Shown here: positions 24,521 to 33,957 of the stretch, in pieces
How positions within the stretch are numbered: position 1 is the first letter of the stretch
Layout: the number at the start of each line of letters is the position of its first letter
Assembly (NCBI GenBank): GCA_030390025.1
Contig: JASTWF010000080.1
Span: 310,001-374,000 of the forward strand
Reading direction: 5' to 3'
Length of the DNA stretch: 64,000 nucleotides
Source: Squalus acanthias
Taxonomy: Eukaryota
Program-made: the position numbers and the translations under genes
The notes under the pieces: generated by a model
Databases searched by the model: none
What the model saw: only the letters and a program-made list of their open reading frames with translations
Told to the model about the DNA's origin: nothing

Positions 24521-24852
24521 TGTCTGATATTCAGTTACACTGACTGCAATGGAATTGAACATCAGGCGCGAGCGCAGCCGATCCAAAACCGCCCGTTTTG
24601 CCCCCACCCATCGAGACTGATTTCTGGGCCAATGTTTCTGGAAGCTGCTTATTCGTTCCATCTAATTTCTTTTAGGATCAAACATTAAACAACCAACTGT
24701 AACTGGGACTCTCCGAAAGCAACGGCTCATTTAAAACCTTGCGGGCAACAAACGATGGAAGAAAGAGGCGCCTGTTTGTCTCCAATCCCCAGTAAAAATG
24801 CAGATTTCTTTGTAAAACACTGGCAAGTGAATGAATGGGGTGAAAAACTGAC

Positions 24853-26281
24853 CGTCAGTTAAAGAGCTAACAGTTAGCAGGTAGATACATAGTAGGAACA
24901 GAGGAACAGAAGTCGACCAATGGCCTATCCAGTCTGCACTGCCATTTTCTGTTGCCATCGTCGCTGTATCTCTAACAATAACAACAACTTGTATTTGTAT
25001 AGCGCCATTAACGTAGTAAAACGTCCCAAGGCACTTCACAGGAGTATTATAAGACAAAAAATTTGACACCGAGCCACATAAGGAGAAATTAGGGCAGGTG
25101 ACCAAAATCTTGGTCAAAGAGGTAGGTTTTAAGGAGCGTCTTAAAGGAGGAAAGAGAGGTAGAGAGGTGGAGAGGTTTAGGCAGGGAATTCCAGAGCTTT
25201 GGGCCGAGGCAACAGAAGGCCCGGTCACCAATGGTGGAGCGATTATAATCAGGGATGCTCAAGAGGGCAGAATTAGAGGAGCGCAGAGATCTCAGGGAGT
25301 TGTGGGGCTGGAGATTACAGAGATAGGGAGGGGCGAGGCCAGGGAGGGATTCGCAAACAAGGATGAGAATTTTGAAATCGAGGCGTTGCTTAACCGGGAG
25401 CCAAAGTAGGTCAGCGAGCACAGGGGAGATGGGTGAACGGGACTTGGTGCGAGTTAGGACACGGGCAGCCGAGTTTTGGATGACCTCAAGTTTACGTAGG
25501 GTGGAATGTGGGAGGCCGGCCAGGAGTACATTGGAATAGTCAAGTCTAGAGGTAACAAAGGCATGGATGAGGGTTTCAGCAGCGGAGGAGCTGAGGAAAG
25601 GGCGGAGACGGGCGATGTTACGGAGGTGGAAATAGGCGGTCTTAGTTATGCTGTGGATATGTGGTCGGAAGCTCATTTCAGGGTCAAATACGACACGAAG
25701 GTTGTGAACAGTGTGGTTCAGCCTCAGACAGATGTTAGGGAGAGGAGTGGAGTCATGGCTAGGGAACGGAATTAGTGGCGGGGACCGAAAGCAATGGCTT
25801 CGGTCTTCCCAATTTTAATTGGAGAAAATTTCTGCTCATCCAGAACTGTATGTCGGACAAGCATCTGACAATTTAGAGACTGTGGAGGGGTTGAGAGAAG
25901 AGGTAGTGAGGTAGAGCTGGGTGTCGTCAGCATACATGTGGAAACTGACGCTGTGTTTTTGGATGATGTCACCAAGGGGCAGCAGGTAGATGAGAAATAG
26001 GTGGGGGCCAAGGATGGATCCTTGGGGGACACCAGAGGTAACGATGCGGGAGCGGGAAGAGGAGCCATTGCAGGTGATTCTCCGGCTACGATTAGATAGA
26101 ATCTCGATTCCCTGCTCTTTATCCGTATTCCTTAATGCCATTATTCCCATGTAAACATCTATCTCTTTGTTACACACCCCAATGAACTTGGTTAGAACAG
26201 GGAGTCCACATTCTCACACCGTTTGTGAGCAGTAGGTATTCTCATGTTCACTTTTACTCAGCTCAGCTCAAAGGAAGTCCT
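24853..26281 (-). pseudogene. Decayed MHC class I alpha2-like exon split by an L2 (pieces 26281-26101 and 24967-24853)
   Basis: Acceptor aacag at 26282-26284 and phase-1 donor G|GTCAGT at 24853. The rejoined sequence gives ...TYC...NKEIDVY...GIEIQRRWQQ...LLFLCSYY, echoing alpha2 C101 / ITxRKW147 / C164 spacing. Has stops and frameshifts. Confidence 0.5.
24973..26100 (-). mobile_element. 5'-truncated L2 LINE with TSD ATCTC
   Basis: [28 protein letters not shown]; (CAA)n tail; ATCTC at 24968-24972 and 26101-26105. Confidence 0.92.
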
Positions 26282-26347
26282 CTGTTAATATCATTGCACC
26301 AGGGAAAGAGAGACAGAGTGTAGAGAGAGAGACACACAGTGACAGAG

Positions 26348-26509
26348 NNNNNNNNNNNNNNNNNNNNNNNNNNNNNNNNNNNNNNNNNNNNNNNNNNNNN
26401 NNNNNNNNNNNNNNNNNNNNNNNNNNNNNNNNNNNNNNNNNNNNNNNNNNNNNNNNNNNNNNNNNNNNNNNNNNNNNNNNNNNNNNNNNNNNNNNNNNNN
26501 NNNNNNNNN
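26348..26509. other. N run (162 nt)
   Basis: Seen directly. Confidence 1.
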
Positions 26510-26624
26510 TCACATGGTTTGTCACATGGTTTAGTATGAGCATGCTCAGTTCGCTCTAGCCTAGTAAAGCAAGCTCCTGGACCAGCAACTCATCTGTCTC
26601 TGTCCTTCATTTTGTTCTAGCCAC
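26510..26624 (-). pseudogene. Visible 3' half of MHC class I alpha1 exon between two N runs
   Basis: WLEQNEG.../...SMLILNHVTNHV. W to N(TN) distance is 104 nt, about 35 codons, like W51-N86. Has a 1-nt frameshift and a stop. Confidence 0.55.
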
Positions 26625-26776
26625 NNNNNNNNNNNNNNNNNNNNNNNNNNNNNNNNNNNNNNNNNNNNNNNNNNNNNNNNNNNNNNNNNNNNNNNNNNNN
26701 NNNNNNNNNNNNNNNNNNNNNNNNNNNNNNNNNNNNNNNNNNNNNNNNNNNNNNNNNNNNNNNNNNNNNNNNNNNN
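26625..26776. other. N run (152 nt), probably hiding the 5' half of the alpha1 exon
   Basis: A minus-strand pyrimidine tract runs into the Ns. The length is about 50 codons. Confidence 0.9.
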
Positions 26777-26839
26777 AGACAGAGTGTAAAGAGAGAGAAA
26801 GAGTGAGAGTGAGAATTGAGGGATGAGTTCTGTACTTAC

Positions 26840-26891
26840 TGGGAGAGACCCAGGAAAAACACAGGGATGTGGAGAAAAGGATCACCAGCAT
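26840..26891 (-). CDS. MHC class I leader exon
   Basis: MLVILFSTSLCFSWVSP plus 1 nt, donor GTAAGT (phase 1), about 170 bp downstream of the promoter CCAAT box. Confidence 0.8.
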
Positions 26892-27063
26892 TCTGGGAAT
26901 CCACTGCCCTTATTCCAGTCGGTGACTGGGAATAAAATACTCCCAGTGAGACACATCTACTGTTTATAGACTGAAAAATACCCCAAATAAACAGCAAGTC
27001 AATCCAGGCCCCACTTTACTGTTTATCTCGAGCTTTGATCAAAAGAGCAGAGCCAGAGGGTGA

Positions 27064-27178
27064 CTGATTGGTTACTCTGAGAAAAATACCCAATTAAAGG
27101 GATAAACAGTCGCCTGTCACCAGTTACTGGGAGGATCAAACTCAGGCAGATTGAGAGTCAGCCTGTGAAACAGAAACT
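27064..27178 (-). promoter_or_regulatory. MHC class I promoter: ISRE - S - X1/X2 - Y - CCAAT
   Basis: Minus strand: AGTTTCTGTTTCAC (27178-27165), CAATCT (27153-27148), 16-bp spacer, CCCAGTAACTGGTGACAG (27131-27114), ATTGG (27094-27090, 37 nt from X start), CCAATCAG (27071-27064). Confidence 0.85.
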
Positions 27179-27659
27179 AGAGAGAGACTGAACCAGCCTC
27201 GGACACCAGCTCCAGTGTAAAGGGAGGAGACACTGAGATCCCGGGCTCCCCCCTCACAGTCAACACATTGGGGTAGAGTTTCTGCTCGGTTGCTCTGGAT
27301 TCTTCGGTGTAATTCGCCTGAAATCGGCGTAATCGCCGCAAAGGATAGCAGAATTGTAAGCGCAACTTACGTCCAGCATCTTTTGCGCTAGTTTAAAAAC
27401 ATCGTGCTAGAAGCCAGCCCGCCCCCAGATCGAACTAATCTCCACCGCCAGTTTCCACTAATTGCTCTCGTTAACGGGCCTTTGAGGAAGCTCTAAAAAT
27501 TAAGCTGGTTCTCTTGGGCGTAAGGACACTAATATTACATTTACAAGCTTTCAGATGTGCATTTTTTTTAAATTGCTAAGAAACTGACTGCTGTCCCCCA
27601 ATATAACGAGCAAACGGTTCTGTATGTATTTTTCAAATCATTTGATACTCTGCACTTAC

Positions 27660-27935
27660 AGAAGGTGGAGTTGGTGACGGGTGCTGCTATAGCTGAAGAG
27701 GAGGAAGAGGAGCACCATCGGCAAGGGGCACCGGCGTGCTAAGGAGGTGGGCAGCAGAGAAGGCAGAAACAGCGGGGCCGAGCTCGGGAGAAGGCCCCAG
27801 CCACCTTTACAGGCCGAGGCTCAGCTTCCTTGACCTGTCGGGGGAGCAGTGCTTTTTGGAGGCTCCACCTGCCACGGCAGGCGGTCGCTGACCTGCGCAG
27901 CCTCCTCGGGGAAGGCCTTCTACCTGCTGGACCTG
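27660..27935 (+). pseudogene. HARBI1-like transposase N-terminal fragment
   Basis: HLYRPRLSFLDLSGEQC/WRLHLPRQAVADLRSLLGEGLLPAGP. Confidence 0.65.
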
Positions 27936-28049
27936 ATACACCGGTCACCTGCATCGATACATTATTTGCCAGGGCAAGTGGATACATCAGCTTCGCAGGT
28001 GATGACAACGGTCAGACTGAGCGAGCATTGGGGTTCGCATCTCTGGCTG

Positions 28050-29277
28050 TAGAATAGAGCGTATCTGTATGATTTGATAATGTTTTAAATGTAATGCTTT
28101 TCTTACAATTACTACGATATATATAATAATGTATGTTAGAAGCATAAAATATCTGTTACAATATGTATAACCTTAGTTAAAAAGACACAAGTCTGAGAAG
28201 CAAAGCATGATGGTAAATTATGCCAGCTTGATGTATTTCTGTAAAATGGTCTGTTCAGTAAACAAGGAGATAGTGGGGAGCAAGAAATTCAGCAACATTG
28301 CAACAGAAACATGGCCTCAACCGGGATCTTGGGTTCATGTCATGCTACATGTAACCCCACCTGACGTAGAGTCATGCAGACTCGAGTCGTCGTTGGCTTG
28401 TTCACAGATGTGATTTCCAGTAAAAAAAGTAAAAAGTTTAAAGTTTATGGTTTTCCATACAGACTGCAGCGTTTGACACATTAGACCCCCTGTGACCCCA
28501 CCTCATTGTCTTAGTTGTATCTTGCTATGTCTTTGATATAATGTCTTCCTGACTGACCTAATTGTCTCTCTGCCGAGGTGTGATAAAAGGTAGTCAGAAA
28601 GATTAACTGTAGTCGTCTGACATTGTTCTCTGCACAGACATTGTTCTCTGTCTATATATGCTTTGCCGATTTGTATTTCTTCACTTCACCTGACGAAGGA
28701 GCAGCAGCTCCGAAAGCTTGTGATTTCAAATAAAACTGTTGGACTATAACCTGGTGTTGTGCGACTTCTCACTATTGCAAAAGAAGATAGGGGGCTGGAG
28801 ACAGTCACCACTCCCTGTCTTCTCAAAAATGCAGAACCAACCGGCTAAACAATGAGCTGATTAGGAAGCAAAAAGACATCTGTGAGAACTTAGTGCGAAG
28901 GTTGTTCTCAGATAAGGATAGCTTGGTATGAGGAGTGAGAGGGTGACTGAAATAACAGATACCAGACAGTTAATGAAGGCCACGTAGGCACAGGGGAGAA
29001 AAGGGTATAAATGGACAGCTATTGAACACTGGAGGCAGCGCGAAACCAGAGGAAGAGAAAACTTCAGTCAACAGAACACAGCAAGACTGAGAAACGAGTC
29101 ACCGGGTGGGCACTCTACTGGGGTTCCGAGGAACAGATTACGACTACCATCTTGTTAAGTATTACTTCTTTGTACTGGATGTAAAGTGCTGAATAAATCT
29201 GTTAAATCTGTACCAGGAGCGGTCTGTTATAGTCACGGACAAGTTAAATATAAATTAGGGATCTTACGGATATTACA
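28050..29277 (+). mobile_element. Solo-LTR-like sequence (5' boundary uncertain)
   Basis: GGGTATAAAT at about 29002, AATAAA at about 29192, ends ATTACA at 29277; TGTAAT at 28090. No TSD found. Confidence 0.35.
28686..28723 (+). ncRNA. Minimal hammerhead ribozyme motif in a Penelope pLTR fragment (about 28470-28772)
   Basis: TCAC-CTGACGA-A-GGAGC(AGCA)GCTCC-GAA-AGCT-T-GTGA. Confidence 0.75.
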
Positions 29278-29321
29278 AATCCTACATGACTGCCTTCCCA
29301 CAGGTTCAGGGTGCCACAGAC

Positions 29322-30270
29322 CAGGGGTTCTCAACCTTTTAGCTTTGGAGGCCCCCCTCCCGTGTTCTAAAACTTCCACGGGCCCCCTGTAACACAAGTC
29401 TTTTTTTCTGTGTATGTAAAAATTAGTTATACAGTTAAACATATATATTTATTATATGGTGCCGAGCAAAAATTTGTTACTAAAATTACGCAAAAACATA
29501 TGTCTAACCTACACACACACTCACACAACCGTCTGTGAAAGCAAACCAATTCAGAGCTATTTGTGTAGATTCCCCATCAAGACACAAGCTCCTATACCAC
29601 ATCTGGCATTGTTTGTCCCAGTGGTTACCCCCTGTCTTTATCCCCCTACATATATTTAATTTGTCGTCGACTGTGTCTAATGGACGCGTCTCAATGCAAA
29701 CACAAACTCAGCAAAGGCTGCTTGTGTTAATCACTCAGGCGGCAGTGAAGGAGCAAACACAATGGGAGAAAGAAAACGAAAGGGGAGATTGTTTAATCCG
29801 GGAAAAGAACAAGCGATTGGATTGAAAAAAATAACAGGAGCCGGACTTTGGGGAAACAAGAACTAAAACCGATTGACAGATAAAAGATGGGCCTTTATTC
29901 GGCTTGGTTCCTCTGTTGTGTCTTTTTTCTCGCTGAGATAAATTCTTGAGACAAAGTTCAGATTCTTAAAACAAAAGAAAAGTCAGCGGCGATACAGCGA
30001 AGAAAGTTGTGATCAAAGATCGCTGAACGCAGAGATTGAAAGGGAAGGAAACGGTCGGCAGTGAGCTGATTGAATGAATGAAGGAGGGGAAAGTGCACGT
30101 TTCAATCCCGAAGAAAATGATTGATAAAAACAGGCAGATGTTAAAAGCAAGTTTTAGAGGGGATACAACGAACCCAAGCCTCCTCCGTTTTTAAAAGCAG
30201 GGGTGGATGGATTTTGATGAACTTATCGGAAACAGTAAATGCAGCGTGGGGGGATGGGGAAAGGTTTGTG
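29322..30270 (+). mobile_element. hAT-like DNA transposon left end (non-coding)
   Basis: Begins CAGGGGTTCTCAACCTTTT, a typical hAT/Charlie TIR. No partner TIR found. Confidence 0.45.
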
Positions 30271-30274
30271 TGGG

Positions 30275-31990
30275 CGACCCAGCGAGGATGGCAGCAGTCA
30301 GTGCTTGCGTGACATCAATCTGAGACTGCATGAGTGCAGTCTGAGACTGGGTGGCACCAGCCAATGACCGAATTGCTGCACTAAGCTGTTGCGTTGCGTC
30401 AGCCTGTGCTGCAGCGGACTGCTCCACACTCCTTGCCAGTCCATCCATGCTTTCAGGCACCCTTGCCATTGCATCCATGAGCTCAGTGTGCATGCTCAAG
30501 GCCTGGCTATTCATGGCCGCGATGGCGCGGTCCTCATCTGCGTCCTGTGCAGCAGGACTCGTTTGCCTACTCGCCCTCTGGGGAGCTGGCCCCCGAGCTT
30601 CCCTACCCCCATGGCGTTGCTGCAGCCCGCTGGGTCCAGGAGCTTTGCCCTCATCAGACCCTAACCCCCTGCTCCCCTCCAGGGAAGGCGTGGTCCCAGT
30701 GTCGGAAGGGGCTCCCTCGGGAGACGCAGGCAGTGAGGTTCCGGCTTCCTCTTCCTCCTCGCCTGGGGCGTCGCTGCCACTGGCAGGTTGAGGGACAGGC
30801 TGGTCAGCTGGTGGTTCACTATCTGAAAGCAGGGAGGTAAAAGAGTGGCTTTAGCGTGAGGACTGGGGGGCAGTAAGGGAGCAAGGACTGGAGACAGTTA
30901 GTAAGTTGGATTGAAAGTGTAAAAGGCTGGTGTTGTGAGGGGCAAGTGGTATGAGAGAGGAGAGAGAGATGATGAACATACCATTGCTATCCCCAAGGGA
31001 GTCAACATCTCCAGTGGTCACGGCACCTATGACCTGGCTGGCAACGATCCTGTGCACTCTCGCCTCCAAATCGCTGAGGGTGTGTAGTTCAGCCGGTCCT
31101 CCTCCCGTGCGTTGCTGCTCCCGCCTGTTATGAGAGCTTGGCCTGCAAGAAAAAGGACGGCGTCTGAGTGAATGCGCAGCCATGTGCTTGCCTGATGTGC
31201 CTCCCATAGTTGAATAACCTTTAATGTATGCAGCCATGTGCTTGCCTGATGTGCCTCCCATAGTTGAATAACCTTTAATGTATGCAGCCATGTGCTTGCC
31301 TGATGTGCCTCCCATAGTTGAATAACCTTTAATGTATGCAGCCATGTGCTTGCCTGATGTGCCTCCCATAGTTGAATAGCCCTTAATGTATGCAGCCATG
31401 TGCTTGCCTGATGTGCCTCTCATAGTTGAATAGCCCTTAATGTATGCAGCCATGTGCTTGCCTGATGTGCCTCGCATAGTTGAATAGCCCTTAATGTATG
31501 CAGCCATGTGCTTGCCTGATGTGCCTCCCATAGTTGAATAGCCCTTAATGTATGCAGCCATGTGCTTGCCTGATGTGCCTCGCATAGTTGAATAGCCCTT
31601 AATGTATGCAAGGTGTGGAATGTGCGTGTGTGTGTTTTATGAGATGGCCATAGGTCTGGGATGAGTGTTGGGCATTTGGCGTTTTTACACCCTCTGGGCA
31701 CAGAGTGAAGTTGAGATGGAGGGATGTAGAGGTATTGAAAAGCAGCCACTCACCTTGACCACCCGAGTGAGGTCGTTGAACTTCTTCCGACATTGGGTGT
31801 GGGTCCTCGGCACCAGGCTCCTCGAGGAGATGTGCTGAGCCACCTCCCTCCAGTCTCTTCGGTGCTCCCGGGGCAATGGCCTCCTGCCACTCTCTGGGTA
31901 CAGCACTGCCCGGCGCCACTCGACAGCGCCAACCAGTGCCACCAAGGCCTGGTCGCTAAAGCGCTGAGCTCTCTCCCTGGGCCTATCCAT
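30275..31990 (-). pseudogene. Harbinger Myb/SANT DNA-binding protein gene (exons 31990-31754, 31142-30982, 30822 to about 30275)
   Basis: MDRPRERAQRFSDQALVALV...WREVAQHIS...RTHTQCRKKFNDLTRVVK|GTGAG. Exon 2 HNRREQQRTGGGP has a frameshift at its start. Exon 3 is coiled-coil. Confidence 0.8.
31176..31609. repeat. 54-bp tandem repeat, about 8 copies, in Myb/SANT intron 1
   Basis: GCAGCCATGTGCTTGCCTGATGTGCCTCCCATAGTTGAATAACCTTTAATGTAT. Confidence 0.95.
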
Positions 31991-32359
31991 CAGTCCTCTC
32001 AGTGCAATGGTGGTAGGTCTTTCCAGCACCAGAGTCAACACTACAATGAGCAGGGTGTGGCTGGAGAGCAAGATGGACCCTCCCCTTTAAGAACTGGCCA
32101 GCACCATCTGTCTGGGTTCCATTGCTGACTGACATCACCTGAGCTTCGCCAGCGCTCTGAGGTAGCGCCTCGCTCCTCGACGTTAGCGCCTTAAGAGAGG
32201 TGTGTAGCGCCTGATTTAGCACTCCAATCACCTCCAGGAGCGATAGAGGCGAATTTTACAGTTGGAGGCGATAATTAGCGCCGGGTGCTAAACTTTGCGC
32301 CCGGCCGATATTAGCACCCCAAACGGGGCGATACCGAATTTCTCCCCCCGCAAGTCTTT

Positions 32360-33640
32360 AATATATATCAAGAAAAGCAGTGGTCCTGGTACCGGTCAGG
32401 GGGATGCTATCACAGTTGTGAGAGGAAGGGGAAAGGGTCAGGCAATGCAATAGACAAGGAACCTGTTGACCGGAACAGAGGGGCATCTTTGGCGGAGGTA
32501 AAAAAGAGAACATTTCAGATGCTCTGGTGCAGAAGGTGCGAGTGATCAGAGCTGATGGGATGGAGAAACGGACAGAAAGGGATGGAGACTTTACAATATG
32601 TGGGATGGGGAGGAGCATACTCCAGGTAGTTGTGGGAGTTGGTGGGCTTGCAATCGATGTCAGTGGAAAACCCATCACAGGAGACAGAATAATCCAGGAA
32701 GGGAAGAGATGGATCATGTGAAGGTGAGGGATGAGTGAAAATTGGAATTATAGTTAATTAAACTCTCAAGATCGGAGCAAGAGTAAGAAGCAGCACCACA
32801 CAGTTGTCCGTGTAATGAAAGCCCAGGGAGGGGGTTTGGGTAGGACTGGAACAGTGTTCAACATATCCTCCAAAAACACAAGCATAGATAGGACCCATGT
32901 CCGTAAACTTGAGGTCATCCAAAGCTCGGCTGCCCGTGTCCTAACTCGCACCAAGTCCCATTCATCCATCGCCCCTGTGCTCGCTGACCTACACTGGCTC
33001 CCGGTTAAGCAACGCCTCGATTTTAAAATTCTCATCCTTGTTTTCAGATCCCTCTGCAACGTCCTTCAGAAGAGGATGGGATGGTTCAGCTGCTGTTCAA
33101 AGAAGCATGGGACAGTTCGACTCGCCTCGTGATGGATGCAGGTTCAGAGAGGTTGTACATCCATAGTGAAAAGATGATGGTAGGGGCTGCAAAATCTCAG
33201 ATCATTAAAGTGGCACGAAGGTGTCAGAGTAGTCACAGATTGTAGGTTGGTAGAGCCTGGACAAGGAGAGAATATGTAAAGTATAGGAGGAAATTGGTCC
33301 AGTGGGACAATAAACAACTGGGACAGGGCATCGTTGTGTATCTTGGGGAGGAGGTAGAAGCGGGTTCGGTGGAGTTGGGGTACTGCGAGGTTCAAGACAA
33401 TGGTGGGAAAGGTCACCACAAAAGATGAGAGCAGTCAGAGTCTGGGAAATAATGTCTTGGGGTCATGGTCCAGACGGAGGTAGGAGGAGCTGTCAGAGTT
33501 GGCATTTGGTCTCAGAAGGTCAGAGGCCGCGCCGACTTCTCAACAGGTTTGATCATGATGTGGGGCTTAGATTTGAGGGAATGCAGTGCTGCAAGTTAAG
33601 GGGGAGGGAGATTAGAAAGAGTTCGTGGAATTCTCATTGA
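32360..33640 (-). mobile_element. Decayed Penelope-like RT fragments, with a small L2 insert at 32898-33055
   Basis: RFYLLPKIH and LFTMDVQPL motifs. Confidence 0.65.
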
Positions 33641-33957
33641 CAAGATGGAGAGAGGGCAGGGAGCCAGAGTAGGGTCGCAAAACCTCCAGGATTATTTTCA
33701 TTCAACACTTGTGTTTATTATTTCTGAAAATATTGGAGGCGGGGGAAAAGACAGTTTGACTGGGCGGGGCAGCGAGAGCTGATGGGATAAAACCGCAAGG
33801 ACGACACCCAAACAGAGTGAGAAACCCAACATCAGAGAGGGGCCCAGGAGGAGAGCGACGGCTGGAGTCAGAGGAAAGGATCTGACGCACGATGAGGACC
33901 CGGACTGCGTTAGACTTAGTCTGTGAGACAGAGACACGGATCCCCAACCTGCCTGGT

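Larger units (their letters stand above)
27269..32349. mobile_element. Disrupted PIF/Harbinger DNA transposon with nested insertions
   Basis: Convergent HARBI1-like (+) and Myb/SANT (-) genes. Imperfect ends GGGGTAGAGTTTC and GAATTTCTCCCC; repeated subterminal GGCG/AGCGCC motifs. Confidence 0.6.

Noticed and set aside
24853-24958. Apparent signal-peptide exon MATENGSADW...LLCIYLLTVSSLTD
   Set aside because: The true leader lies at 26840-26891 next to the promoter. This segment is better explained as the 3' part of the L2-split alpha2 exon.
20382-26891. W-category or class II-type architecture (one distal domain plus Ig plus TM)
   Set aside because: An alpha1 remnant (WLEQNEG...TNH) is visible between the N runs, so the gene has class I-type alpha1-alpha2-alpha3 organisation.
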